64,000 nucleotides of DNA from assembly GCA_035297365.1 (NCBI GenBank), contig DATGZA010000062.1, forward strand, positions 10,225 through 74,224, in the 5' to 3' direction. Under the pieces are notes generated by a model. It was not told the DNA's origin and made no database searches. It worked only from the letters and a program-made list of their open reading frames with translations. Positions 42,677-52,635 of the stretch are shown here, in pieces. This DNA is from Nitrososphaeraceae archaeon. GTDB taxonomy: Archaea > Thermoproteota > Nitrososphaeria > Nitrososphaerales > Nitrososphaeraceae. The position numbers and the translations under genes were made by a program. Each line of letters opens with the position of its first letter. Positions within the stretch are counted from its first letter, which is position 1.

Positions 42677-43390
42677 TTATGGATTATTTGTTTCAGCCTT
42701 CATTTTCGCTAGTTCTTCTTCAACTGCGCTATCTAGTGATACTTTCTTGAGTTCTTTTTCGATATCTGTGTCATTTGGCTCATAGCTTTGTGTATAATCT
42801 GTAAGTACTCCGGACTCCATCATTTCGTCAAGAGCTTCTGCTTTAGCCTTCATCCTGTCCGTCTTTTCTTCAACTCTGTTAAGAATCATCCCAATGTCTC
42901 CCATCTCTTCAGAGATTCCGGAAAGATTTTCTTTTATCTTGACCTGTGCTTCTGCGGCGGAATATTCTGCTTTTATCATCTCTTTTCTGGTTTTAAATTC
43001 ATCAATTTTTGTCGTAAGACGTCGTTCAGCATCCTCTAACTTTTCTTGGTCTCTTTGTATTCCTTCTATCTGTTTATCTAGGTTGTTTATCTGAATTGTG
43101 ATAATATTCTTTCTCTCTAGTGCTAGTTTTGCCAGGTCCTCTCTGTTGGATTTCAGTGAGCGACGCGCCTGATCTTCCAAAGTCGCGATGTTAGCCGCAA
43201 GTTTTGCTCGTTGCATCTCAAGTCGTTTCTTTGAAGTTACAACTTTAGTAATATCTTGTCTTAACTTGTTTATCAGCTCTTGCTGTTTCTCAAAAGAATA
43301 ATTTAAAAGTTCTTCAGGATCTTCAAATTTTTCAGCAATATTGTGAGCTTTTGCCTTAAAAATTGATGTAAATCTTTCTAATAAACCCAT
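42677..43390 (-). CDS. pspA: PspA/IM30 family protein
   Basis: MGLLERF, EDPEELL, REDLAKLAL, KAEYSAAEAQ, VEEELAKMK coiled coil. Confidence 0.93.
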   Translation of the reverse strand: MGLLERFTSIFKAKAHNIAEKFEDPEELLNYSFEKQQELINKLRQDITKVVTSKKRLEMQRAKLAANIATLEDQARRSLKSNREDLAKLALERKNIITIQINNLDKQIEGIQRDQEKLEDAERRLTTKIDEFKTRKEMIKAEYSAAEAQVKIKENLSGISEEMGDIGMILNRVEEKTDRMKAKAEALDEMMESGVLTDYTQSYEPNDTDIEKELKKVSLDSAVEEELAKMKAETNNP

Positions 43391-43666
43391 CTTAGTTAAT
43401 AAAATACGTGAAGATTATATTAATGTTTATTGGTTCATATATTAGACAAGAATTGTTTTAGGTTTTTGAATGATGTGTTAGTATCTAACAACTTAATACA
43501 TAATAATTCTTGAGATTTGATATCGTTTTCAATTTTTTTCCAGTTTATTTTTTAATTTAATAATTATACTATAATTTTATATTGGAAAAGATACGCTATA
43601 AAATATGTATTCAAATCAATAATAATATTTTTCAAAACTACGTGAATTAAATTCGTATATAAAAAT

Positions 43667-44113
43667 ATGATAAATCAAGTGTTTATATCCTGTATGCATC
43701 ATAAAGAGATAAATATCGTTATCTTTTTTAGAAAATTATTGACGTTCAAGATTGTTATTCTAGGAATTATTATGATATTGATTTTTCATGCCCCTGCTAT
43801 TTTTGCTGTACCGTATGGAAGCTATCAAAGCGAGAATTTTAAAATAACAAATATGACAGCAATATACAAGGGTAAATACATAGAAGACAATTATGAAATT
43901 CTTGGGATAATTGAAAATATAGGAAATGAAACTTCCAGTGAAATCCATTTAATAGCAACTATCTTTGATAAAAACAATAATTTGATTGGAGTTTATGAAA
44001 CAATTCCTATTTTGGATATAAGTAAAAAAGGTAATGATTCACCATTTAGAATTGATATTTCTACTAACAGTTCATTGTTTGATCATTTTAATATAGAGAT
44101 TGGTGGTAAATAA
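43667..44113 (+). CDS. Secreted FxLYD-like Ig-fold protein
   Basis: ILGIIENIG...IATIFDKNNNLIG...SPFRI; signal or TM segment. Confidence 0.7.
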   Translation: MINQVFISCMHHKEINIVIFFRKLLTFKIVILGIIMILIFHAPAIFAVPYGSYQSENFKITNMTAIYKGKYIEDNYEILGIIENIGNETSSEIHLIATIFDKNNNLIGVYETIPILDISKKGNDSPFRIDISTNSSLFDHFNIEIGGK

Positions 44114-44555
44114 TACCTTTTACGGTATATCCTGAAACCAAGAACATATTTTATCCCTCGAAAAGACATTTATCGATATTAACTACGTAGAGTACTTCCC
44201 TTGTAGCATAACAATTTTTATTTTTTATCACAATTTTTTTCCCGGACACCATATCTTTAACTTTGTTCTTCTTTTTTTGTTATTATTCCTTTTATTGTAA
44301 TAGTCATCGAAGATGCGTTTCTATTTTGGATATAATAATTATGATTGTTTAACTATTCTATTAAGTGAATTGCTGGTTTTAATTGACAGATGGTCTTTTA
44401 TTCTGTGGAAGATTTTGTACTATTACTTAGAAAAATATTTTGATATTTCATAACATTGTGAATTGTGCTACATTTTGTTTTTCTTGTTTCCTTAAATAAT
44501 TATAGGGTTAAGGAATAATTTAATATTGGCAAGGTGTTGACTTAAAATATCTATC

Positions 44556-44951
44556 TTGTTTCGATCTTCGCCAAAAAGAATAATAGTTTTAGGAACTCTT
44601 GTTATTCTTCTTGTAGTTGTAACCCTTGTAGTTATTGGCTTGATGTCAGGAGGTAATTATGTTCAATACAATCCTCTACAAACACCATATCCAAATTCTC
44701 CCTATCCGGTCCCTGTTCCTGCACCTTATCCCTATGGCTCGCCATTTCCAATTCCTTTTCCTCCTCCTATTCCATATGGAGGAGATGGTTTTGATTTTGA
44801 TTTTCCTAGGGAAGAAGAACATCCACTTACGCCAGAAGATGACCTGCGTTCTTTTGATTCTCCATTCGAACGAGACGTTCCTTCATTTGATGACCAGTCT
44901 CCACTTATCCCAGAAGATGACCTAAGATTCGCAGATGATCTCTATAGATAG
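44556..44951 (+). CDS. Membrane-anchored Pro-rich, acidic low-complexity protein
   Basis: N-terminal TM helix, PYP/PFP repeats, duplicated PLxPEDDLR motif. Confidence 0.7.
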   Translation: MFRSSPKRIIVLGTLVILLVVVTLVVIGLMSGGNYVQYNPLQTPYPNSPYPVPVPAPYPYGSPFPIPFPPPIPYGGDGFDFDFPREEEHPLTPEDDLRSFDSPFERDVPSFDDQSPLIPEDDLRFADDLYR

Positions 44952-45016
44952 ATATTATTTATCAAACCGTATTTTCTTTCTATAGATAGATATTATTTAT
45001 CAAACCGTATTTTCTT
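44941..45016. repeat. Exact 38-bp tandem duplication
   Basis: TCTATAGATAGATATTATTTATCAAACCGTATTTTCTT at 44941-44978 and 44979-45016. Confidence 0.9.
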
Positions 45017-45182
45017 TTTGGTTTTAAAATAGTCTGACGCACAAATTTTTGACCTCAGTTTGGGCAACTGTTAACTATGATTATACCTATAGAATATTAT
45101 TCACCATTTTATTAGATGATTATTTGTAGAATATTCAGTAAAAACCAAATTTTATAAATGGATTAAAAATAATCATAAGATA

Positions 45183-45353
45183 ATGTCAGGAATAAAAAAA
45201 ATGGTCAATATCAAGGACATAATTATCATAATAATCTTGATTATTGTTGCTGCGATAATAATAAAAGTGTTCAGCTCGTTAATAATTATTTTAATTATTG
45301 CAATAGTTGGTTATTTTATATATAAGTGGTACATGCGTTATAAAGGCAGGTAA
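45183..45353 (+). CDS. 56-aa two-TM membrane microprotein (not in ORF track)
   Basis: MSGIKKMVNIKDIIIIIILIIVAAIIIKVFSSLIIILIIAIVGYFIYKWYMRYKGR*; TTTATAAA box at about 45151. Confidence 0.7.
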   Translation: MSGIKKMVNIKDIIIIIILIIVAAIIIKVFSSLIIILIIAIVGYFIYKWYMRYKGR

Positions 45354-45719
45354 TTTATCTCAGGTTGCTTATTACAAAGAGACTTAATATGAATCTCTTT
45401 GAAACAACTTAAAGTCAATTTGCTAAATTCTATAATATCGAAAAAACTATTGGTTGTCCGATAAATTACGGTATTATACTGGCTAACTAAATTCTCTATT
45501 TTCTATAAAGATACAAAATAAAAGTTTTCAAGCACATTAAAATCTTTATCCAAGAGAATAAATGAATTGTTGTTAATCTGTCTAAAATTATATAAAATTC
45601 CTTAAATTTAAGGAAATGGAGCCTAAATAAATTATGAGCTGTAAACAATATCATTCATAAAGCAATAAAACCAGAAAAAATACACTTATTACAAATCAAA
45701 ACTAGCAAGTGTTTTTAAT

Positions 45720-45850
45720 TTTAGTTTCCTGCACAGATACCTTGAATTCTCTTTTTTATAAACTCTTTAGGATAGTTAATCGCTGAGAATTGGCCAGAAA
45801 TGCAAATAATTCCTCGGCTTCCTCTAACTCTGAATTATCATGATTTTTTT
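45720..45850 (-). pseudogene. Remnant of an ArsR-like winged-helix regulator
   Basis: EAEELFAFLANSQR then, after a frameshift, LTILKSL*, matching the LF..LA...RL.IL ArsR start. Confidence 0.4.
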
Positions 45851-46027
45851 ATCCGATGCTCTTTAGCTTATAAACGGATGCACCATCAAAAAATATCATC
45901 TTACTCTATAATTATTTAAGATTGTCTAATTATATCGACGTACGTGAAATTTTTACTGGAAATGTCTTATTTTACTGGATTTCTTTAAGCTGTATTAAGT
46001 AACTATTGAAATTATAATATTCGCATA

Positions 46028-46578
46028 ATGACAACAGGAAAATATTTCAATCGAAATGTCTTAGATATAGATACTCCTTATGTGGGACATGTAGTAAGAG
46101 AAAAGCCCGATGAAATATTAGTTTTTGGGGAAAAAATATAAAATATGATATACAAATTTTTAGAATAAAATCTGTAGGCAGAAACGTATTGATTAACATG
46201 ACTTTCGATGATATTGAAAAATTTTCTTCGGTCAACAGAAATGCACCATTGCCTTCAAATAGTAGGCAATATGCATCTTGGAATGGAATCACTAGCGTGA
46301 ATCTTGCTTCATATGAAGGAAAGTATCCTAAATGTCTATTTAACAAAGGGGTAAGACTTGAAAATGAGGATCATGAAGGACATGTAATAAGAGAAACTGA
46401 GGATAAAATATTGATATTTGGGCACGAAAATTTTAAAAATGATGTGCCTAAATCAAAAATAGCTACTATGGATCGAAATGTCATACTCGGGTTCGGTTCG
46501 ATCTGGCTCTCAGTATACAAGGTTGGTATGTCTTCTCCTTTACCTCTCAATTCTCCTTCACTTCTAAGAGAAAATTAA
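46028..46578 (+). pseudogene. Frameshifted paralogue of the downstream tandem PRC-barrel-like protein
   Basis: MTTGKYFNRNV...GHVVREKPDEILVFGEK from 46028, then a 1-nt loss in GGGGAAAAAA (about 46127-46136), continuing KYDIQ...VGRNVLIN into the 46189 ORF. Confidence 0.8.
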
Positions 46579-46619
46579 TTCGTTTATGATAATTTTTAAA
46601 TTCATGTTTTGTAGTATAA

Positions 46620-47219
46620 ATGATTGATCATATGGTATCGGGAAAATATTTCAACAGGGGAGTTAAAGCGTTAGATTCACCAGACATTGGACGTGTAGTA
46701 AGAGAAACTCCTGATAAAATAGTAGTTTTTGGGGACAAAAATACAAGGTACGATATTCCAATCTCTGAGATTAATCAAGTGGGTGCAAACGTGCTTATTA
46801 ATCTCAATCTGGCAGAAATCGAAGAAAAATATAGTGTAAATCGTGAGGAACCACTTCCAACTAGCCGTAGAGACCCTTGGGGATCAGAAGATAATCAAGT
46901 GGATTTAGGTTCATATGAAGGGAAATATCCGAATTCTCTATTTAATAAAGGTGTAAGAACCGCAAATGAAGATTATGTAGGACATGTAATGAAAGAAACT
47001 CCTGACAAAATCGTAGTTTTCGGAATAGGGAACGATAGATTCGACATTCCAAAATCAGAAATAATAGCAGTAGGAAGAAATGTTATTGTTCAAAAGAATT
47101 TTCCAGAATTGGATGTCTACAAGGTGGATAGGAATTCGCCATTGCCAACCGGAGAACCCATAGAAAAATTGAATGAAGAAGCATATCCAGAATATTATCA
47201 TGGACCCAAAGATACTTAA
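46620..47219 (+). CDS. Protein with two internal PRC-barrel-like repeats
   Basis: Repeated unit FN(R/K)GV...G(R/H)V.(R/K)ETPDKIVVFG...R(Y/F)DIP.SEI..VG.NV...Y.V.R..PLPT. Confidence 0.8.
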   Translation: MIDHMVSGKYFNRGVKALDSPDIGRVVRETPDKIVVFGDKNTRYDIPISEINQVGANVLINLNLAEIEEKYSVNREEPLPTSRRDPWGSEDNQVDLGSYEGKYPNSLFNKGVRTANEDYVGHVMKETPDKIVVFGIGNDRFDIPKSEIIAVGRNVIVQKNFPELDVYKVDRNSPLPTGEPIEKLNEEAYPEYYHGPKDT

Positions 47220-47412
47220 AAATGGATCTGACGGATTCATGAAAAAATAATCTAAATTGTTTATTGAATCTTTGATTTCCTTGGTAAATAACCTTAATTT
47301 TTTTTTGGCTTGAAGATAGCTATATTCATCATAATTTTTAGAAATTTTTAAATCGACTCTGCTAATTCAGGCGATACACTTCGCATAGAATTTTGTGAAT
47401 CATATTCTTAGC

Positions 47413-47895
47413 TTAATTGAATAGTTTTTTCCTTCTTGCCATGATATTTGCTATAATCACATAAAAAATCCAAGCAAATAACGTTGTAATTATTGAGATT
47501 ATAAAAGCATCAAGGATAACGAATTCGAAAATTAAGTAAGTTGAAAGAAATTTAGCAAAAAGATAAGATATCTCTGCGAACCCAATTACAGTAATTATTT
47601 TTCCAAGACTGTATCTTAATTTCTGTATATTTTTTCTACGATCAAAATTTTGAGATCTACCGGTATTATCTATAAAATATAAAATTATAAATGAAGCATT
47701 ATAAATTGAAAAATCTGCTGCTAAAGAAACTGATGATATCAACACATAATTTGTAGTAAATACAAGTGCAGCATGATTTACTATGAAAATATCCAATATC
47801 GCAGTTATTATTGCTGCTACAAAGATATTCTTGTTAAAGAGAATTATATATTTATGTTTCTTGTAAAAATTTTTAATTGAGTAATCATCCATCAA
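47413..47895 (-). CDS. Four-TM membrane protein (GtrA-like)
   Basis: Four hydrophobic segments with a central charged loop. Confidence 0.6.
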   Translation of the reverse strand: MMDDYSIKNFYKKHKYIILFNKNIFVAAIITAILDIFIVNHAALVFTTNYVLISSVSLAADFSIYNASFIILYFIDNTGRSQNFDRRKNIQKLRYSLGKIITVIGFAEISYLFAKFLSTYLIFEFVILDAFIISIITTLFAWIFYVIIANIMARRKKLFN

Positions 47896-48000
47896 AGTTC
47901 ATCTTTAAAACCGTTTATAAATATATCTTATAATCAGAATCACCTTCATCAAGATATAACAAATTCTAAAATTACAGAAAGAGTATTTTTATATAATATT

Positions 48001-48527
48001 ATGAAACCTGCAGTAAAAAAAGCAAAACCCATTACTTTTAGGATAGAAAACAACATTTTAGAAACAATTAGAAAGAAAGGAGAAAGAGAACAACTAACTA
48101 ATAGTAATCTCATTAATAAAATTCTGGAAAGGTATGTTGAATGGGATGTGTACGAATCTAAAGTAGGCATGATGCCGATTCCAAAAGTTCTTTTAGACAA
48201 CCTTTTAATGGTCGAATCAAAGAAGAAGTTGTCGAGTTAGCTACTAAAGTTGGGAGATATGAACTAGAAGATGCTTCTTTATTTATGAATAAAAAGAATG
48301 ATTGGGAATCATTTCTGAGATGTTTGAAAAGAGAATGCAGAATACATCCATTGAAATTAATGATAAAAAAAGACAATAAAAAACATACTTTCATAATAAA
48401 ACACAATATTAGAGAGAATTGGTCACTTTATCATAAAACGATCTTTGAATTACTTGTTAAAGAAAATTATAAAAAACACGTGGAAATTAGATATAATAAT
48501 CGACTCATTTCGGGCCTGTTAACTTAA
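48001..48527 (+). pseudogene. Frameshifted RHH-type regulator with V4R-like C-terminal part, truncated by an IS end
   Basis: ITFRIENNILE...NLINKILERYVEWD (RHH-like); frameshift near 48205 joins the 48001 and 48285 ORFs; last stop lies inside the IS inverted repeat. Confidence 0.7.
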
Positions 48528-48830
48528 GGTAAAGTAATAGTCATATTATATAATTCTATTAAGTTCTGAGCTGTTCTGTGGTCACTTTAAGATTTTTTCA
48601 ATTCTATTCTTCTTTTTTCCTTAACTTAACAGGGCAGAATTGGATGCAGTATTTCAAAGACAGAACTGAATGTTTTGATGATTACTATCCTTGTACAAAG
48701 AATAGTATAAAATGTGATCTATCACATGGAGACAATTGGATCAAATTATTCATATATCTACATAACACCAAAATCAGAAAGACAAGAATATTCAATATAG
48801 CATGTGAAATAGCCTTAACTTAACAGGACC
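48512..48830 (+). mobile_element. IS6-family transposase remnant with a nested or adjacent MITE-sized element
   Basis: Inverted repeats GGGCCTGTTAACTTAAGG (48512-48529) and CCTTAACTTAACAGGACC (48813-48830), 16/18 match; third copy at 48619-48635. MQYFKDRTECFDDYYPC...NWIKLF..LHN resembles the C-terminus of Nitrososphaerales IS6-type transposases. Confidence 0.8.
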
Positions 48831-49229
48831 TCCAATTCTTTTTGTTATCTTTAAATTCAATATATTCTGTATCTTTTATTTTACAACTCGGTTGTGTATT
48901 GTGTGGTCTCCAGTCTTTATTTTGTTAATAACATATTCTATTTTCAAAATACTTGTCCTTCCAATTGTAGAACTTTTTCAGGATATGTAATATCCATTAC
49001 AAATACCAGTACAGCATCTCTTGTGTAATCTTTCTTATGAATTAAAATAAATTTTGTTTGTTAGTCTATTTATTATACGCTTCATAGCTGATCAGACACG
49101 TTAACTATCTCAATAAATGAAATTTTGATCTATATTGGAAAGTACAACAAATAGAATAGCACATCAGAAATTTTTCTAAATTCCGTGATTAATACAATTT
49201 TAGCAAGGAGAACAGGATTTATTTGTCTC

Positions 49230-49240
49230 TTAGGCACTAG
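49230..49240 (+). promoter_or_regulatory. TTAGGCACTA operator-like motif upstream of a TATA box
   Basis: TTAGGCACTAG, 6 nt before TTTATATA (49247). Confidence 0.55.
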
Positions 49241-49287
49241 TTATACTTTATATATATGTTTTAATACTATAAATACAAAATTAAGAT

Positions 49288-49698
49288 ATGCCAAAAACAT
49301 TTGCCAATGGTCCAACACTGATGATTTCTGGTTCTTGTATTAATTTTAACAAAGAAAGAATTAGAATAATTGAGCATATAAACGAATTAGAATTGATATC
49401 ACACACAAAAACTGATTACGAAGTGTCATCAGAGGGCTCTTCTTTAGGATGGGACTTTTTTCGGATTTATTTTGAGCAAAATTTTGTCGAACGAATATCC
49501 GAAATTTTTCCAGAGATGCAAAAAGAAGTAGGAGTTACTTTAGAACAACGCTTCGTAATTTGGTTATCCAAGAGATTTAAAAAAAGAAAATTAGATTATT
49601 ATTTGAAACTAGAAGAGATACCTTATGAAAAAACATTAGGTTTTAGACTTGATCCAGAAAACTATCGTAATGAAGAAGATCTGGTGGATTTACGCTAG
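49288..49698 (+). CDS. Hypothetical protein
   Basis: 136-aa ORF with promoter elements upstream. Confidence 0.75.
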   Translation: MPKTFANGPTLMISGSCINFNKERIRIIEHINELELISHTKTDYEVSSEGSSLGWDFFRIYFEQNFVERISEIFPEMQKEVGVTLEQRFVIWLSKRFKKRKLDYYLKLEEIPYEKTLGFRLDPENYRNEEDLVDLR

Positions 49699-49757
49699 CT
49701 TTACTTTCTATTAGCTTTATTTTATTTGTAATTTTCATTATTTTCCACATTTATTGG

Positions 49758-49771
49758 TTAGGCACTATGAA
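49758..49771 (+). promoter_or_regulatory. TTAGGCACTATG operator-like motif
   Basis: Shares TTAGGCACTA with the 49230 site; lies upstream of TATA at 49787. Confidence 0.6.
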
Positions 49772-49815
49772 TAATCTGTCATATACTTTATAGGACAAGT
49801 AACATATTCAAGATT

Positions 49816-50130
49816 ATGAGTTATGGATACGAGATAGGTCCCGGCGATAATCAGGGCATATCAAATAAACAACTTGCATTGATATTTGGACTAGGTATAA
49901 CAGGGATTTTTCTAGTATTTGCTATTTTTATTTTTCCAATACAAAATCTTTTTCGCGAATCAGTTAGTGAGCAAGTTGTAATAGTTAGTAAAAGTGATGG
50001 TGAATGTGTTGTAAATAGTCAAGATCACCCAAGAAGCATTCCTAACTGCAATTATGATGTGGGTGATAAAGTACAAATCACATACAAATATGGCACTGCT
50101 ATGGTTGAGGATCATAAAAAAATAAATTGA
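49816..50130 (+). CDS. Single-TM protein with small OB-like extracellular domain
   Basis: TM helix, then ECVV...PNCNYDVGDKVQITY. Confidence 0.75.
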   Translation: MSYGYEIGPGDNQGISNKQLALIFGLGITGIFLVFAIFIFPIQNLFRESVSEQVVIVSKSDGECVVNSQDHPRSIPNCNYDVGDKVQITYKYGTAMVEDHKKIN

Positions 50131-50233
50131 GGCTGTGATGTGATTTTTTTCTACACTCTCTTTAAAAATCTAAATTTACCTCATGATGAAAATATAAGAT
50201 AACATTAAATCTTTGAACAAGCAATAATTTGAT

Positions 50234-50530
50234 ATGGTATTAGAAGATGAATTAACCAGAAAGTTACTGGATAAAATAATCCAGAATGTTATTTCATGTT
50301 TGCCCATGATAGAAAGAATATCTAAAGTACAAAATGAAAGAATCAAAGAAGAGATAGGAGTCGTTAACCAAAGAGACTTTATCATAGGGGCTATATGGTG
50401 TACGATATTAGAGAAATTCCTCGTTTCTTCATATCTTTATACTGGAAAAACTATTACCTATGAACAAGGTTTAGAAATAAGTGAATATACATTAGATAGA
50501 ATTTCAGAGTTATCACCTGAGATCAAATAA
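50234..50530 (+). CDS. Hypothetical helical protein
   Basis: 98-aa ORF, DFIIGAIW motif. Confidence 0.65.
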   Translation: MVLEDELTRKLLDKIIQNVISCLPMIERISKVQNERIKEEIGVVNQRDFIIGAIWCTILEKFLVSSYLYTGKTITYEQGLEISEYTLDRISELSPEIK

Positions 50531-50675
50531 ATAGATAATTATTAAATGTGACAGTACGGTAATACTTTATATCATGAGGTTCACAGAATTTATATTAAAA
50601 AAACCCAGATATTGTCTTAAATTAAGAATTAAAATTATGAAACCGAATTACCAAGCCAATAACAAATTTAGTGAC

Positions 50676-51578
50676 CTATAAACCACTCATAATTTGATTT
50701 ATTAGTTTTAGTGCATTTTTAGCGCTTTTTTCTTTATCTTTTATCTCCAACATGATATCTAAATCAACAGAAGTAATTGCGAGAACAAATTCCTTGAATT
50801 GTTTCATATCCAAAGTAGTAGAATGTTTTCCTTTTCTTTCATTTGGCTCCTGATTACTATAATCAATCATTATTATTCCATCTCTATGATTATACCATGT
50901 ATCGCTAGCCCTTTGCAAGGCATCAATTAATGACAAATTATCTCCAAAACACTGATGATGAAATGTGTCAAAAAGAATTGGTATGTCTGTATTCGATTGA
51001 ATTTCTATACAATCATTCAAATTATAAAGATGATCGTCGTTTTCGATTACCAACCTTTTTTTTACTTTTTCAGAAAGCAAATTCTTGTAATTTGATATGA
51101 ATTTTTTCTTTGAATCTTCTCTGTCTCCATAAACTCCTCCAACATGAATTTGAACTTTTGCAGAGGTATCAAGTCTCATTAAATCCAGAACGTCTGTATG
51201 ATACTCTAGTTCTTTAATACTATTATTCACAATATCTGGGTTTTTTGAATTTATGAGAACGAATTGGTCTGGATGCATAGATATTCTCATATCATTTTCT
51301 TTTATCAATCTGCCAATTTTTATAAAATCAGATCTAAAAGATTCTTTCCAGTCGAATTTACATATTGAATGAGATGCGAATGGAATTATATCTGAACTTA
51401 TTCTAAAAAACATGAGATTGTTTTCTATATTATACTTTAATATTTCAACAAGAGTGTCAAGATTATATTTTATGGATTGAATCAATCTTTCTTCAGTGTA
51501 AGAAGATAATCGAAATGTTGATACAGTTTTTTTTCCAATTGAATGATTTATACATGGATAACCGATCTTCATAAGCAA
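50676..51578 (-). CDS. uvsE: UV DNA damage endonuclease UvsE/UvdE
   Basis: KIGYPCIN, FFRISSDIIPFASH, RISMHPDQF, IHVGG, RLVIENDD, FDTFHH, GKHS, DIMLEIKDKE. Confidence 0.95.
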   Translation of the reverse strand: MLMKIGYPCINHSIGKKTVSTFRLSSYTEERLIQSIKYNLDTLVEILKYNIENNLMFFRISSDIIPFASHSICKFDWKESFRSDFIKIGRLIKENDMRISMHPDQFVLINSKNPDIVNNSIKELEYHTDVLDLMRLDTSAKVQIHVGGVYGDREDSKKKFISNYKNLLSEKVKKRLVIENDDHLYNLNDCIEIQSNTDIPILFDTFHHQCFGDNLSLIDALQRASDTWYNHRDGIIMIDYSNQEPNERKGKHSTTLDMKQFKEFVLAITSVDLDIMLEIKDKEKSAKNALKLINQIMSGL

Positions 51579-51781
51579 TTATTTAATACCATCGAGAAAA
51601 TTAAGATTTTTTTACTTATTGAAAGACTCAATTTATTGTAAATTAAAAATATCAGTTTTGATAAAAATGTAGACAAATTTACGCGGCTTTTTTTCTTCTG
51701 AATTTGTGAATCATGTTATAATTAATCGACTTTTTTTCTTAGTTGAGTACGAAAATTTTGGTGATTGTATTTTCTAACAAG

Positions 51782-51794
51782 TTGGCACTATGTT
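51782..51794 (+). promoter_or_regulatory. TTGGCACTATGT operator-like motif in the uvsE divergent spacer
   Basis: Matches the reverse complement of the repeat at 55254/55273; upstream of TTTATATA at 51815. Confidence 0.6.
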
Positions 51795-51841
51795 AATTTT
51801 TTTTATCTCTAGTCTTTATATAAATAGGAAAAAGATATGAT

Positions 51842-52411
51842 ATGTTAAAACAAAAAGGTTGCAATATGGTGATTTTTTATTGTACCGTTGCTGGCTTCAT
51901 TTCAGCTTGGGCAATATCTGGATTACTTGTAATTGTAGATATTGTTTCAAATACTCCTACAGGTACATTTTTTTCGGTCATAGGAGTATCAATTGGAATA
52001 GAAGATCCTGTTGTGGCTCTGTATATTGGTTTTAGATTACATGTGCTAACTGGAACTGCGGCTGGAAATATTTTTGGACAAGTCGCATCTTTTTGGAATA
52101 AAGTATTTTCCAACTGGCATCAGACGGGGGATACCGTTTGGAGTAATTCAGGGAATAGCATTGTGGATTATAATGTTCGTTCCTTTAGTTACTCTGGCAA
52201 TACAAGCCAAACTTGAATCTCTTGTGACCATGGCTACAAATGAGAATTTCAAAAACATTGCATTTCATTTTATTTTGAAGGATTGTATCCAGTGATCATA
52301 GGTGGATCATTGATAGTTCATATAGTGTAGGGAGTTTTACTGGGATTTATTGTTGGGAGAATGTCAGAACTTGATTTGTTTGTTCACGTGACTTTCAATA
52401 AAAATGTATGA
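51842..52411 (+). pseudogene. Disrupted multi-TM membrane protein with intramembrane His residues
   Basis: Hydrophobic reading continues across frameshifts near 52105 and 52270 and a TAG at 52328 (...LHVLTG.../...GIALWIIMFVPL.../...GGSLIVHIV*GVLLGFIVG). Confidence 0.75.
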
Positions 52412-52635
52412 TGTCTTTGACGAAATTACATACAATAAGATAGTAAATATGATAGCCATATCAAAAATAAGTACATTCAATAAAAAGTGATCCAAAAATG
52501 GATACATTAACAAAGTCATATACAGATGATCAGTATAAAAGTGGATTCATTTTTTGTTACTAAGGATTAAAAAATATATATAAAATATCTATTTGAAAAT
52601 ATTATATAGTGTTCAACTATTGGAGAGAAAAATAA

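Noticed and set aside
44941-45016. 38-bp repeat as a mini-CRISPR
   Set aside because: Copies are directly adjacent with no spacer, and there are no cas genes in the window
46121-46141. Programmed -1 frameshift at GGGGAAAAAA
   Set aside because: Not in X-XXY-YYZ register with the zero frame and no downstream structure seen; a simple indel is more likely
52328-52330. In-frame TAG as pyrrolysine or readthrough
   Set aside because: The same gene has two frameshifts and no pyl genes are in view; ordinary decay
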